A stretch of 64,000 nt of DNA from an uncultured Actinomycetota bacterium (GTDB taxonomy: Bacteria; Actinomycetota; Actinomycetes; JAHEKZ01). Where the stretch lies: contig CAVURN010000002.1 of the NCBI GenBank assembly GCA_963743915.1, positions 728,788-792,787 on the forward strand, read 5' to 3'. Shown here piece by piece: positions 23,491-33,902 of the stretch. Each line of letters opens with the position of its first letter. Within the stretch, counting starts at the first letter, position 1. Below the pieces are notes generated by a model, which made no database searches, was not told the DNA's origin, and saw nothing but the letters and a program-made list of their open reading frames with translations. A program made the translations under genes and the position numbers.

Positions 23491-25991
23491 GCGGGCACGA
23501 CATTCACCAGCTTGGGCGCCCGGACCACGACTGTGCGGACGTCGCGTCCGTCCAGCGAGCGTTGGACGGCGGGGTCCGCCAGAGCCATGGCACGCAGCTC
23601 GTCGTCACCGATCGACGCCGCGACCTCCAACCGGGAGCGCACCTTGCCGGCGACCTGCACGACGCAGGTCACGGTGTCCTCGACGAGCAGTGACTCGTCG
23701 ACCTCGGGCCAGCCGGCGAGCGCGACCGATGGCCCATGCCCCAGCAGGTCCCACATCTCCTCGGCGGTGAAGGGCGTGACGAGCGACAGCATCACCGCCA
23801 CCGCCTCGACTGCCTCGCGGACCGCCGGGTCGGAGGGACCAGGCTCGCCGTCAATCGCCTTGCGGGTGGCGTTGACCAGCTCCATCGTCCGCGCCACCAG
23901 CGAGTTGAAGCGGAAGCTCTCCACCGCCTGGGCCCCGTCGTGCAGCGCCCGGTGCGTGGCCTTGCGCAGCGCCAGGTCACCGGTGCTCGGGTCGACTCCC
24001 GGCGCGGAGTCGACGTCGGACGCCAGCCGCCACGCGCGGGCCAGGAACTTGCGAGAGCCGGAGGGCGACAGGTCGTTCCAGTCGACGTCGTCCTCAGGGG
24101 GCCCCGCGAAGACCATGCTGAGCCGGATCGCGTCCACGCCGTTCTTGGCCAGCTCGTCAGTGAGCGCCACCAGATTGCCACGCGACTTGCTCATGGCGGA
24201 CCCGTTCATCAGCACCATGCCCTGGTTGAGCAGACGGGTGAAGGGTTCGGTGAAGTCGACGTAGCCCATGTCGTACAGCGCCTTGGTGAAGAAGCGGCTG
24301 TACAGCAGATGGAGGATGGCATGGGTGACGCCGCCGACGTACTGGTCGACCGGCAGCCATTCCTTCACCGCCTCGACGTCGAACGGCGCGGTGTCCAGGC
24401 GCGGGTCGACGAAGCGCAGGAAGTACCACGACGAGTCGACGAAGGTGTCCATCGTGTCGGAGTCCCGTAGCGCGGGTCCCTCGCACGTCGGGCACGGCAC
24501 GTTCATCCACTCGGTCGCGGCACCCAGGGGTGAGGTTCCCTTCGGCGTGAGGTCGAGGCCCTCGGTCGACGGCAGCGTCACGGGCAGCTCGTCATCGGGG
24601 ACCGGGACCTCCCCGCAGTCGGGACAGTGCACGATCGGGATCGGGGTCCCCCAGAACCGTTGACGCGAGATCAGCCAGTCGCGCAGCCGGTAGTTCACCG
24701 CCGGCGCGCCGTGCTGCTTCTCCTGCAGCACCTCGATGATCCGCGTGATCGCAGCGTCCTTGTCCAGGCCGTCCAGCGGCCCGGAGTTCACCAGACGTCC
24801 GTCTCCGGTCGTCGCGACGCCGGTGACCGCCGGGTCGTCCTCCTCGGACTCCACGACCACGCGAACCGGGAGGTCGAAGGCGCGCGCGAAGTCGAGGTCG
24901 CGCTGGTCGTGCGCGGGGACCGCCATGATCGCCCCGTGCCCGTAGTCAGCCAGCACGTAGTCAGCGGCGAAGATCGGCAGCCGCTCGCCATTGACCGGGT
25001 TCACCGCGTGTCGCTGAAGGAACACCCCGGTCTTCGGTCGGTCGGTCGACAGCCGGTCGACCTCACTGGTCTGGCGCACCTGTGTGAGGTACGTCGCGAA
25101 CTCCTCCTGCACGTCGTCCGGTGCCCCGGCCGCCAGCTCGGCAGCCAGGTCGGAGTCGGCAGCCACCACGAAGAACGTCGCACCGAACAACGTGTCAGGA
25201 CGAGTCGTGTAGATCGTGACCGGCTCGGTGCGTCCCTCGATCTCGAAGACGACGTCCGCGCCAGTTGAGCGACCGACCCAGTTGCGCTGCATCAGCAGCA
25301 CCTTCTCCGGCCACGCGCCCTCGAGCTGCTCCATGTCGTCCAGCAGCCGGTCCGCGTACTGGGTGATGCGGAAGTACCACTGCGTCAGCTTCTTCTTCGT
25401 GACCGGGGTGTCGCAGCGCTCGCACCGTCCGCCGACCACCTGCTCGTTGGCCAGCACGGTCTGGTCGTTCGGGCACCAGTTGACCTGCGACGGCTTGCGG
25501 TACGCCAGCCCCTTCTCGAACAGACGCAGGAACAGCCACTGGTTCCACCGGTAGTACTCCGGGTCGCAGGTGTTCAGGACGCGGTCCCAGTCGAATGAGC
25601 ACGCGTACCGGCGCATGGACGCCTTCTGCGTCTCGATGTTCTCGTACGTCCACGCCGTGGGGTCGACCCCGCGCTTGATGGCCGCGTTCTCGGCCGGCAG
25701 GCCGAAGGCGTCCCAGCCAATCGGGTGCATGACGTTGAACCCGCGCTGCACCCAGTAGCGGGCGATGACGTCACCCAGGGCGTAGGCCTCGGCGTGACCC
25801 ATGTGCAGGTCGCCCGACGGGTACGGGAACATGTCGAGGACGTACTTCTTCGGGCGCTCGTCGTCGGAGTTGCCGGAGCGGAAGGGGGCGAGCTCGTCCC
25901 AGACGGGCAGCCACTTCTCCTGGACGGCGAAGACGTCGTACGTCTCGCGGGGCTCCCGGGTCTCCTCGGCGGGGGCGGCTGTCTCGCTCAT
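23487..25991 (-). CDS. leuS: Leucine--tRNA ligase
   Basis: [29 protein letters not shown]. Confidence 0.97.
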   Translation of the reverse strand: MSETAAPAEETREPRETYDVFAVQEKWLPVWDELAPFRSGNSDDERPKKYVLDMFPYPSGDLHMGHAEAYALGDVIARYWVQRGFNVMHPIGWDAFGLPAENAAIKRGVDPTAWTYENIETQKASMRRYACSFDWDRVLNTCDPEYYRWNQWLFLRLFEKGLAYRKPSQVNWCPNDQTVLANEQVVGGRCERCDTPVTKKKLTQWYFRITQYADRLLDDMEQLEGAWPEKVLLMQRNWVGRSTGADVVFEIEGRTEPVTIYTTRPDTLFGATFFVVAADSDLAAELAAGAPDDVQEEFATYLTQVRQTSEVDRLSTDRPKTGVFLQRHAVNPVNGERLPIFAADYVLADYGHGAIMAVPAHDQRDLDFARAFDLPVRVVVESEEDDPAVTGVATTGDGRLVNSGPLDGLDKDAAITRIIEVLQEKQHGAPAVNYRLRDWLISRQRFWGTPIPIVHCPDCGEVPVPDDELPVTLPSTEGLDLTPKGTSPLGAATEWMNVPCPTCEGPALRDSDTMDTFVDSSWYFLRFVDPRLDTAPFDVEAVKEWLPVDQYVGGVTHAILHLLYSRFFTKALYDMGYVDFTEPFTRLLNQGMVLMNGSAMSKSRGNLVALTDELAKNGVDAIRLSMVFAGPPEDDVDWNDLSPSGSRKFLARAWRLASDVDSAPGVDPSTGDLALRKATHRALHDGAQAVESFRFNSLVARTMELVNATRKAIDGEPGPSDPAVREAVEAVAVMLSLVTPFTAEEMWDLLGHGPSVALAGWPEVDESLLVEDTVTCVVQVAGKVRSRLEVAASIGDDELRAMALADPAVQRSLDGRDVRTVVVRAPKLVNVVPA

Positions 25992-26035
25992 CGGTTCCTC
26001 ACTCCTCGGGCTGCAGGTGGCTGATCGGCTCCGGA

Positions 26036-26064
26036 CAACACAAAGCCCCTCGCACGCGAGGGGC
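26036..26064 (-). terminator. Attenuator terminator in the leuS leader
   Basis: mRNA GCCCCUCGC-GU-GCGAGGGGC followed by UUUGUGUUG. Confidence 0.8.
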
Positions 26065-26100
26065 AGCCGCACTGTCGAGAGGTGCTGGGCACCTGTCGGG

Positions 26101-26136
26101 TCAGTGCGGCTCGGTAAGGAGCAGCAGCGCCTGCAT
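26101..26136 (-). CDS. leuS leader peptide [11 protein letters not shown]
   Basis: ATG CAG GCG CTG CTG CTC CTT ACC GAG CCG CAC TGA; TACCCT -10 7 nt upstream; terminator downstream. Confidence 0.82.
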   Translation of the reverse strand: MQALLLLTEPH

Positions 26137-26265
26137 GTCAGCCAGGGTACACCCCACTTTGATCACGTTTGGTGGTCAACATGGCGGAGATTGGCGGCAG
26201 GACGCCAGAGCAAGCGCAGTTTCGCCACCACCGGGTGTGCGGACAACGCGTCCGTGCCGTGAGAC

Positions 26266-27373
26266 CTACGCGTTCGGCTGCTGCTCCTCCTCGGCAGCCA
26301 GCTGCGCGCGGGACCGGGGTCCGCCGCGTCGCAGGGCCCGGCGCAGGTACATCTCCTGGTCGGCCTTGCCGAGCAGGGTGTCGAGGGTGCCGCTGTCCCA
26401 GGGGGCGAGCATGGCGCCGCCGGCGCAGACCTTGGGCTCCCAGACGTCCAGCGGGACCGGGGGGTTGAGCAGGACGCGCTCGCGGAGTCGACGCTCGAGC
26501 TCCATCGGGCTCATCCCCGGTCCGGGGCCGATCACGCAGAACTCGTCGCCACCCCACCGCGCGACGATGTCCGTCGCCCGCGTGACCGAGCGGAGCGCGT
26601 CGGAGATGGCGACCACGACGTCGTCACCCGCCTCCTCGCCGGCGACCTCGTTCACGTGGCGCAGCTGGTCGATGTCGACGTACACGCAGTGCACGGCGTC
26701 GCCGGAGCGCCGTGCTGTCTCGACGATCTGCTGGCCCATCATCGACAGGCCCTTGCGGTTGACCAGCCCGGTGAGCGGGTCACGCACCGATGCCTGCGCC
26801 GCGGACGTCGCTGAGCTCGGCCAGCTGCTCGGCGAGCCGCCGACGGCTGACGCTGGACAGGACGCCGGCGGCGGTGACGGCGGCACCCGCACCGAGCCAC
26901 CCGGTCGGCCACTCGAGGAGGTTGGCCGCAGCCAGTCCGGCGAGCCAACCGACCCAGACGGTGTAGACGGCGGCCACGACCCACCGCGTCGAGAGCACCC
27001 CGGCTCCCACCAGGCTGAGGGCCACCAGCACCCCGAGCGACCACTGCACGTCGTCGGTGAGCACCAGCCCCGCGACGCCGGCGCCGGCCGGCGCCAAGGC
27101 CACGACGACGGCGACGACCTCGGGGAGCGGGACGAGGTCCGGCCGGACCCAGGCCAGCAGGGCAAGGGCCACCAGAAGACCCGCGGTCACCCCCATGACG
27201 GTGACGGCCACGGCGGACACGCCCGTCATGGCCCCGGCCGCACCGGCTCCGATCAGGGCGAACGCCGAGACGGCGGTCATCAGGGGCAGGCCGGCTCGCA
27301 CGGCGTCCTCGTTGAGGGCGTCGTCAGGTTCGGTGGGACCGCCAAAGGTCACAGTGGGCTTGTCGTCAGACAT
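26266..27373 (-). CDS. Membrane-bound diguanylate cyclase (GGDEF), frameshift near 26800
   Basis: Multi-TM N-terminus; DPLTGLVNR, RATD I-site, RWGGDEF, KADQEMY. Confidence 0.88.
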
Positions 27374-27516
27374 CGAGGGCACCTTGACGCACCGTCCCAG
27401 GGTGCGCAGCCGAATTCCGAGAAGTCCACCCGGATGGCCGCCAGGACACCCCTGAGGCGTCCCGGCGCGCGTGGCCGCTGGCCAGGCTCTCGACGATGGC
27501 GACCCATCACAACGGG

Positions 27517-27589
27517 TGGAGCTAAGGGGATTCGAACCCCTGACCTTCTGCATGCCATGCAGACGCGCTACCAACTGCGCCATAGCCCC
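27517..27589 (-). tRNA. tRNA-Ala(GGC)
   Basis: GGGGCTATGGCGCAGTTGGTAGCGCG-TCTGC-ATGGCAT-GCAGA..GGTTCGAATCC..AGCTCCA. Confidence 0.96.
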
Positions 27590-27659
27590 GCGAACCGGGC
27601 CAACTCTACCGGGGCCCCACGGGCGCTCCAAACGGACCCGAGGGCGTTGGACGCGGCGC

Positions 27660-28310
27660 TCAGCGGTCGTCGCCGAGCACGGCCTCAGGGAGGCTGCCGG
27701 CGTTGTGCTCGGTGAGCCGCCAGCCGCGGCGTCCCTCCTCGAGCACCGACCAGCAGCAGTTGGCCAACCCACCGAAGACCCTCCACTGCTCGACCGGCAG
27801 CTCCAGCATCCGGCCGAGAGTGCTACGGATCGTGCCGCCGTGGGAGACCACCACCGCCAGCCCCCCTGGGCTGAGGCCGGCGACCACGTCCCGGACCACG
27901 GCTGCCGCGCGGTCCCCGACCTGGCTGCGGGTCTCCGACCCTCCCGCCGCGGCATCGTCACCGCTCAGCCACTCGAGGTACAGCGGGTCGTCCTTGAGGT
28001 CGCGGGCGTACTGCCCCTCCCAGGTGCCGCCGTGCGTCTCACGCAGTTGAGGCATCTGCTGCACGGACAGTCCTGTGAGGTCGGCGAGCATCTGTGCAGT
28101 GTCGGCGGCGCGTGAGAGGTCCGACGACACGATGACCTCGGGATGCAGAGAAGCCAACCGTGCCGCCGCGGATGATGCCTGCTCACGGCCGACGGCGTTG
28201 AGCGGGATGTCGATGTGGCCCTGGAAGCGGTTGTCGTCGTTCCAGTCTGTGCGGCCGTGCCGCCAGAGGACGACCTTGCGACCCAGCGACCCGCCCGGCG
28301 ACCGGCTCAG
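27660..28310 (-). CDS. Histidine phosphatase (phosphoglycerate mutase family); start uncertain
   Basis: LWRHGRT, SSDLSRA, VSHGG. Confidence 0.9.
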   Translation of the reverse strand: MSRSPGGSLGRKVVLWRHGRTDWNDDNRFQGHIDIPLNAVGREQASSAAARLASLHPEVIVSSDLSRAADTAQMLADLTGLSVQQMPQLRETHGGTWEGQYARDLKDDPLYLEWLSGDDAAAGGSETRSQVGDRAAAVVRDVVAGLSPGGLAVVVSHGGTIRSTLGRMLELPVEQWRVFGGLANCCWSVLEEGRRGWRLTEHNAGSLPEAVLGDDR

Positions 28311-28681
28311 CGCGCCACCTCGACGACCTCGTCGAGCGGGATCGTCGGGCAGTCGCTCCACAGCCGCTCGAGGGAGTAGAAGGCACGCTCGTCCTCGTGC
28401 TGTACGTGCACCACGACGTCGATGTAGTCGAGCAGCACCCAGCGGTTCTCCCGCTCGCCCTCACGATGGGCGGGCTTGGCCCCGTTCGCCGCCAGCCGTT
28501 CCTCGATCGCCTCGACGATCGCCCGCACCTGGCGGTCGTTGGGGGCCGAGCAGAGCACGAAGGCGTCCGCGACCGCCAGCTGTTCGCTGACGTCGAACGC
28601 GATGATGTCCTGCGCGAGCTTGTCGGACGCCGCGACGGCGGCCTCACGGACCAGGTGGATGGACTCTGAGCTGGCAGTCAC
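28307..28681 (-). CDS. rsfS: Ribosome silencing factor
   Basis: DKLAQDI, NDRQVRAI, WVLLDYIDVVVHV, FYSLERLW. Confidence 0.96.
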   Translation of the reverse strand: MTASSESIHLVREAAVAASDKLAQDIIAFDVSEQLAVADAFVLCSAPNDRQVRAIVEAIEERLAANGAKPAHREGERENRWVLLDYIDVVVHVQHEDERAFYSLERLWSDCPTIPLDEVVEVAR

Positions 28682-28720
28682 GCGGCTCCTTGCAGGGGTG
28701 GACGGGCTGTTCCTAGCCTC

Positions 28721-30094
28721 TCACGGCTTGAAATCGGCGCCCAGGACGACGATCACGTCCGCCAGCGTGCTGCCCTGGTTGCTGACCCGCACCGCGCTGG
28801 CGGGCAGGCCAAGGGTGGCGGCCACGTCGTCACCCAGCGCTTGCGACGCCGGCTCGGTGTCCGGGATGAGCACGACGGACTCCTCGACCTCGAAGGAGCT
28901 GGCGTTGCCCCCGTTGAGGAACTCGTACCCCTGGTCGCGCAGGAGCTGGGCGGCCTCCTGCTCGAGCCCCGGGGTGCCCACGCCGTTCTGCACCAGCACC
29001 GTGATCTCCTGGCCACCCGCGTCCGGAGGCAGCGAGTCGGCGAGCAGGCCCTCGCGCAGCCGCTCCAGCCCCTCGGGGTCGACGATCAACGACGGCACCG
29101 GTCCGCCAGTCTCGAGGGTGTCGACCGGAAGGGTCTGGTACGAGGCGTCGCCCGAGCGGCTGAGGTCTCCGTAGCCGAGCAGGAAGTCGGCCAGGCTCTC
29201 GACGTCCAACGTGGCGCGGTCGGTGGCCCCGGACGCCTCCAGCGCCTGGACGAGCGCCGCGCGGTCGTCGGGCAGCCGTTGGGTCAGCTGGTCCAGCACC
29301 TGACTGAAGCGCGCGAGGCGAGACTCCTCGGCCTCACCGTCGCCGAGGTACGTCGCGAACGCGACCGCCTGGGCACCGTTGAGGAGCTGACCGTCGCCGG
29401 CACCCACCACGATCTGCTGTCCCTCGACGACGTCGACGTCGACGTCGACGAGAACCCCTTGTGCGGCGTCGACGAGCGAGGCGAGCATGCCGTCGGACAT
29501 CTGCCAGGTGTCGTCGACGACGACGTCGAGAGTGTCGGCGAGCGAGTTGCCCGGGGCGTCGTTGCTGGGCAGCAGCACGGTCTCCCCGAACGGGAGACCC
29601 TGAGGTGTCGACCCCTCGACGAAGAGCCGCGAGTGGATCAGCACCGCGCCTGCCGAGCTGTTGTCGGCGTCATAGACCATCAGCGCCCCGGACGTCGCCG
29701 GGTCGGTGCCGCGGGCGAGGGTGACGGTCACGGTGCGTTCGGTGCGTCCGACCGCCGTGCCGGTCTGGTCGTCGTCACCGCGACCGGCGAGGAAGATGGC
29801 CAGCAGCACGCCCAGCACCACGACCGCTGCCACGGCGACTCCGGTCAGGATCCACCGGCGACGCGCCTGCCGTCGCTGCTCCTCGCGCTGGCGGCGCAGC
29901 TGCCTTCGCGAGGCCGGCTCAACAGCTGGTGGCTTCGAGGCCCCGGGCAGGACGGTGGCGCTGCCTGGCTGTGGCGGTGTCTTGCCGCCCGTCAGCCGGT
30001 CCTCCAGGGACACCTCGCCGGGCTTCGCCGCGCGCTTGGCCGTGGGGCGCTCATGACCGCCGCGGCGCGACCCATGACGCCGGTCCGGGCTCAT
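28721..30094 (-). CDS. LCP family protein with LytR C-terminal domain
   Basis: Single TM helix, [29 protein letters not shown]. Confidence 0.8.
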   Translation of the reverse strand: MSPDRRHGSRRGGHERPTAKRAAKPGEVSLEDRLTGGKTPPQPGSATVLPGASKPPAVEPASRRQLRRQREEQRRQARRRWILTGVAVAAVVVLGVLLAIFLAGRGDDDQTGTAVGRTERTVTVTLARGTDPATSGALMVYDADNSSAGAVLIHSRLFVEGSTPQGLPFGETVLLPSNDAPGNSLADTLDVVVDDTWQMSDGMLASLVDAAQGVLVDVDVDVVEGQQIVVGAGDGQLLNGAQAVAFATYLGDGEAEESRLARFSQVLDQLTQRLPDDRAALVQALEASGATDRATLDVESLADFLLGYGDLSRSGDASYQTLPVDTLETGGPVPSLIVDPEGLERLREGLLADSLPPDAGGQEITVLVQNGVGTPGLEQEAAQLLRDQGYEFLNGGNASSFEVEESVVLIPDTEPASQALGDDVAATLGLPASAVRVSNQGSTLADVIVVLGADFKP

Positions 30095-30685
30095 GCGGCG
30101 TCCTGCCGGTACAGGGCACGCTTGGCGACGTAGCGCGCAACACCCTCGGGAACCAGGTAGTCGATGGGACGACCCTCCGACACGCGGGTGCGGATGTCGG
30201 TGGACGAGATGGCCAGCGCAGGCACCTCCACGAGGCTCACCTCACCGGTGGGCAGACCCGGGTCGGCGAGCACGTGCCCGGGGCGCGTGACGCCGACGAA
30301 GTGCGCGAGGGCGTAGAGCTCGTCGACCTGGTGCCAGGTGAGCAGCTGGGCCAGCGCATCGGCGCCGGTGATGAAGTACAGCTGCCCGGCGTCCGGGTAC
30401 TGCGCGTGCAGGTCGCGGAGGGTGTCGAGGGTGTACGTCGGACCCTCGCGGTCGATGTCGACCCGGCTGACCGAGAAACGGGAGTCGGCGGCCGTGGCGA
30501 TCACCGTCATCAGGTAGCGGTCCTCGGCCGGGGAGACCTGGCGGTCGGTCTTCTGCCACGGAGCGCCCGGTCGGCACGAACACCACCGTGTCGAGCGTGA
30601 AGGACGCCGCGACCTCGCTGGCCGCGACCAGGTGGCCGTGGTGGATGGGGTCGAAGGTGCCGCCCATGACCCCGATGCGCCGCAT
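30091..30685 (-). CDS. nadD: Nicotinate-nucleotide adenylyltransferase, frameshift near 30570
   Basis: [12 protein letters not shown]; FITGADA; ISSTDIR. Confidence 0.95.
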
Positions 30686-30725
30686 GACCGGGATTCTCCT
30701 GACTGTGGGCAGCCGCCTGGACCGG

Positions 30726-30869
30726 TCAGCGGTCGAGGTTGAGCCGGGTGACCGCGATCAACAGGATCACGAAGAGGACGAAGACCGTACCCGCCAGGGT
30801 GATCGCCAGCGGGAAGCCGGACTCCTCGGCCTCGGCGGCCCCCTCGGCGATGCGGACCAGTGCGAGCAT
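30726..30869 (-). CDS. 47-aa single-TM small protein
   Basis: [47 protein letters not shown], preceded by GAGGTG RBS; below the ORF-track cutoff. Confidence 0.65.
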   Translation of the reverse strand: MLALVRIAEGAAEAEESGFPLAITLAGTVFVLFVILLIAVTRLNLDR

Positions 30870-30927
30870 GCTTCACCTCTGCGTGAGCCAGGAACGGACG
30901 GGGGCTCAGCCTACCCAAACCGGGCAC

Positions 30928-32211
30928 TCAGGTGCGGATGTGGCCGTCGCCGGTGACGACGTACTTGGTGGAGGTCAGCTCGGCCAGGCCCATGGGTCCA
31001 CGGGCGTGCAGCTTCTGGGTCGAGATGCCGATCTCGGCACCGAAGCCGAACTCTCCCCCGTCGGTGAACCGGGTCGAGGCGTTGACCATGACGGCCGCGG
31101 CGTCCACCTCGGCCACGAAACGGCGGGCCGACGACTGGTTCTCGGTGACGATCGCCTCGGTGTGGCCCGTCGACCAGCGGCGGATGTGGGTGACGGCGTC
31201 GTCCAGCGAGTCGACGACCCCCGCCGCGATGTCGAGCGAGTAGTACTCGGCGGCCCAGTCGTCGTCGGTGACGTCGGCGAAGCCGATGCCGGCCGCCGCT
31301 GCGTAGTCGCGCATGCGGGCGTCGCCGTGGATGGTGACCCCGGCGTCCTTCAGCGCGGCGAGCGCTGCGGGCAGGAACACGTCGGCGACGTCGGCGTGCA
31401 CGAGGAAGGTCTCGGCGGCGTTGCAGACGCTCGGACGCTGCGTCTTGGAGTTGACCAGGAGCCGCACCGCCTTGTCGACGTCGGCGGCGGCGTCGATGTA
31501 GACGTGGCAGTTGCCGACGCCGGTCTCGATGACGGGGACCGTGGACTCCTCGACGACCGAGCGGATCAGCCCAGCACCGCCGCGCGGGATGAGCACGTCG
31601 ACGTAGCCGCGGGCGGTCATCAGGTGCTTGGCGGCCTCGTGCGTGGTGCCGGGGACGAGCTGAACGGCGTCCCGCGGCAGCCCGGACGCCTCGAGCGCGT
31701 CCTGCATGACGGCGACCAGAGCGGTGTTCGAGTCGAACGCCGAGGACGAGCCGCGCAGCAGCACGGCGTTGCCCGACTTCAGGCAGAGCCCGGCGGCGTC
31801 CACGGTGACGTTCGGGCGAGCCTCGTAGATGATCCCGACCACGCCCATCGGGACGCGGACCTGCCGCACCTCGAGGCCGTTGGGCAGGGTGTAGCCGCGG
31901 ACCACCTCGCCGACCGGGTCGGGCAGCTCGGCCACGTGCCGCAGCGCGTCGGCGATGGCGGCGAGGCGCTCGCGGGTGAGGGTGAGGCGGTCGACCAGCC
32001 CCGCGGGCGTGCCCGCTGCCAGGGCGCGCGTGATGTCGCCGTGGTTGGCCGCGACCACCTCGTCGGCACGCGCGTCCAGGGCATCGGCCATCGCGCGGAT
32101 CGCGGCGTCCTTGGTGGCCCGGGTGGCCGGGGCCAGCACGGTGGCCGCTTCGCGGGCGCGGCGTGCAGCGTCCAGCACGGCATCGCGTTCGCTGGTGACG
32201 GTGTCGCTCAT
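30928..32211 (-). CDS. proA: Gamma-glutamyl phosphate reductase
   Basis: [36 protein letters not shown]. Confidence 0.96.
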   Translation of the reverse strand: MSDTVTSERDAVLDAARRAREAATVLAPATRATKDAAIRAMADALDARADEVVAANHGDITRALAAGTPAGLVDRLTLTRERLAAIADALRHVAELPDPVGEVVRGYTLPNGLEVRQVRVPMGVVGIIYEARPNVTVDAAGLCLKSGNAVLLRGSSSAFDSNTALVAVMQDALEASGLPRDAVQLVPGTTHEAAKHLMTARGYVDVLIPRGGAGLIRSVVEESTVPVIETGVGNCHVYIDAAADVDKAVRLLVNSKTQRPSVCNAAETFLVHADVADVFLPAALAALKDAGVTIHGDARMRDYAAAAGIGFADVTDDDWAAEYYSLDIAAGVVDSLDDAVTHIRRWSTGHTEAIVTENQSSARRFVAEVDAAAVMVNASTRFTDGGEFGFGAEIGISTQKLHARGPMGLAELTSTKYVVTGDGHIRT

Positions 32212-32242
32212 CGGTCCAGGGTAATGGGGGCACCGTTGGCCT

Positions 32243-32309
32243 CGAGATGAGGCTTCGCGTGGGACCTGGAGCGATTCGGCACGCGAATCCGACGCCAACC
32301 CTCATCTCG
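32243..32309. repeat. Imperfect intergenic palindrome (type C)
   Basis: CGAGATGAGG ... CCTCATCTCG 10-bp perfect outer arms with imperfect inner arms. Confidence 0.6.
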
Positions 32310-32384
32310 GGGAGCTGGGGTGCGAAGAAGTGGGATCAACCGCACGCACCAACGCCGATCGCCGGCACCGGGTCAGAATGGGGC

Positions 32385-33458
32385 ATGACCGTCACGATCA
32401 CGACCTCGTCATCCACCGATCCGGCGACGAGGGGCCGCGAGCTCGGCACGCAGTGGGCGCCTGAGATCACGCGCACGTGGCGGGCGTATGAGCGGCTCTT
32501 CGCGATCCACGGCATCGAGCCGACGCTCGTCCGTGAGATCGCACTGGGCACCTTGGACGCCGTGACCGTCTGGTCACCGTCGCAGGCAGATGAGATCGAG
32601 GCGATCGCGCACGGTGCGGGGATCGAGCTGTGGCAGGCCGCCGCGTTGAACAGTCGGTCAGAGATCCTCACGCGCAGCCGTCTGGGCCTTCCGGGCGAGT
32701 GCTCGACCTTCGTGGGCCTGTCCCCCGATGGGTCGCCGCGCACGATCCAGACGTGGGACTGGCAGCACGAGATGTCGAACGTCAAGCTGATCTGGCGCTA
32801 CCCGACGCCGGACCGGACGGTCACGACGTTCACCGAGTTCGGCGTCCTCGGCAAGATCGGCGTGAGCTCGGCTGGACTGGGCCTGCACTTCAACCTCCTG
32901 CAACACACGTCGGACGGGGAGGGCGTCGGCGTCCCGGTTCACCTCGTGGCCCGTCGCGTGCTGGACGAGGCCACCACCGTCGACGAAGCGGAGGGGATCA
33001 TCCGCTCGGCGGACGTGACGGCGTCCGCCGCGCTGACCGTCGTGGCGCGGGACAGCGACGGGTACGACGCGCGCAGCTTCGAGGTGTCGCCCACCGGCAC
33101 TGCGGTGCTCGAACCGGACGCCTCCGGGTCGTTGTTCCACACCAACCATTTCATCGACACCAAGCTCGCCGAAGGAGAGCGCCTCGGAACCGTCGACCCT
33201 GACACCTATGCGCGGCTCGACGCCGTGACGGCACGCGCGGACAGACTCCGCGCCGACGACTTCGCGGACCGCGTGCAGGCCCTGGTCCACCATCGTGAGG
33301 ACGGCGCGGCGGTGTGCTGCCACCCGGCACCTGAGGACATCGACGGTGACCGCTGGTCCACGCACCTGGTAGTCGGCCTGGAGCTGGATCGGGGGTCGCT
33401 CGTCTTCCACGACGGTGCCCCGTGCACGGCCCGTGGAGACGGATACATCCGCTTCTGA
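32385..33458 (+). CDS. C45 family autoproteolytic acyltransferase/peptidase (Ntn hydrolase)
   Basis: ECST nucleophile, QTWDW, GKIGV, HTNHF. Confidence 0.88.
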   Translation: MTVTITTSSSTDPATRGRELGTQWAPEITRTWRAYERLFAIHGIEPTLVREIALGTLDAVTVWSPSQADEIEAIAHGAGIELWQAAALNSRSEILTRSRLGLPGECSTFVGLSPDGSPRTIQTWDWQHEMSNVKLIWRYPTPDRTVTTFTEFGVLGKIGVSSAGLGLHFNLLQHTSDGEGVGVPVHLVARRVLDEATTVDEAEGIIRSADVTASAALTVVARDSDGYDARSFEVSPTGTAVLEPDASGSLFHTNHFIDTKLAEGERLGTVDPDTYARLDAVTARADRLRADDFADRVQALVHHREDGAAVCCHPAPEDIDGDRWSTHLVVGLELDRGSLVFHDGAPCTARGDGYIRF

Positions 33459-33462
33459 GCAC

Positions 33463-33515
33463 GTGATGGGTGCGGCGATCCCTGCAATCAACGCACGCGG
33501 TGTCACACCGCACCC
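33463..33515. repeat. Dispersed 53-bp repeat, type B copy 2
   Basis: 49/53 identical to 17219-17271. Confidence 0.85.
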
Positions 33516-33902
33516 TCAGAAGGGGTGGATGCCGCCCGATTCCAGGCCCGGGTCGCTGGCCCGGCGCCCGCGACGACCTCCGGTCCGCGCGTGGAAGGCG
33601 TCCCGCTCGATGACCTCGAGCCCCACCACCTCCCACGGCGGTAGCGCCGCGATCTCGCCGTAGTCGGTCCACAGGGCGAAGGCTCGCGCGGCGATCGCCC
33701 GCACGTGGTCGCTCTCGTCCCAGTAGCGCACCTCCGCGCGGTCCTCGGCGTAGCGGGCCGACAGCAGGAACTGGTGCTGGTCGGCCAGCCGCTCCAGCGC
33801 CTCGCGGACCTCCTCGGCCGGCAGAGCGGGCCCAGCGGTGGTGATCACCACGTGCCACATGCGACGCGGTCCTGTCGCGTCCGCGCTCTGGTCGTCAGCC
33901 AC
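33516..33902 (-). CDS. Hypothetical protein
   Basis: WHVVITTAG..RAEVRYWDE..LPPWEVVGLEV; overlaps the proB stop. Confidence 0.65.
   Translation of the reverse strand: MADDQSADATGPRRMWHVVITTAGPALPAEEVREALERLADQHQFLLSARYAEDRAEVRYWDESDHVRAIAARAFALWTDYGEIAALPPWEVVGLEVIERDAFHARTGGRRGRRASDPGLESGGIHPF

Noticed and set aside
25992-26140. T-box riboswitch upstream of leuS
   Set aside because: No T-box consensus seen; the uORF plus terminator explains the leader
27517-27660. Integrated element at tRNA-Ala
   Set aside because: No integrase, duplicated tRNA end or compositional shift; flanking genes look native
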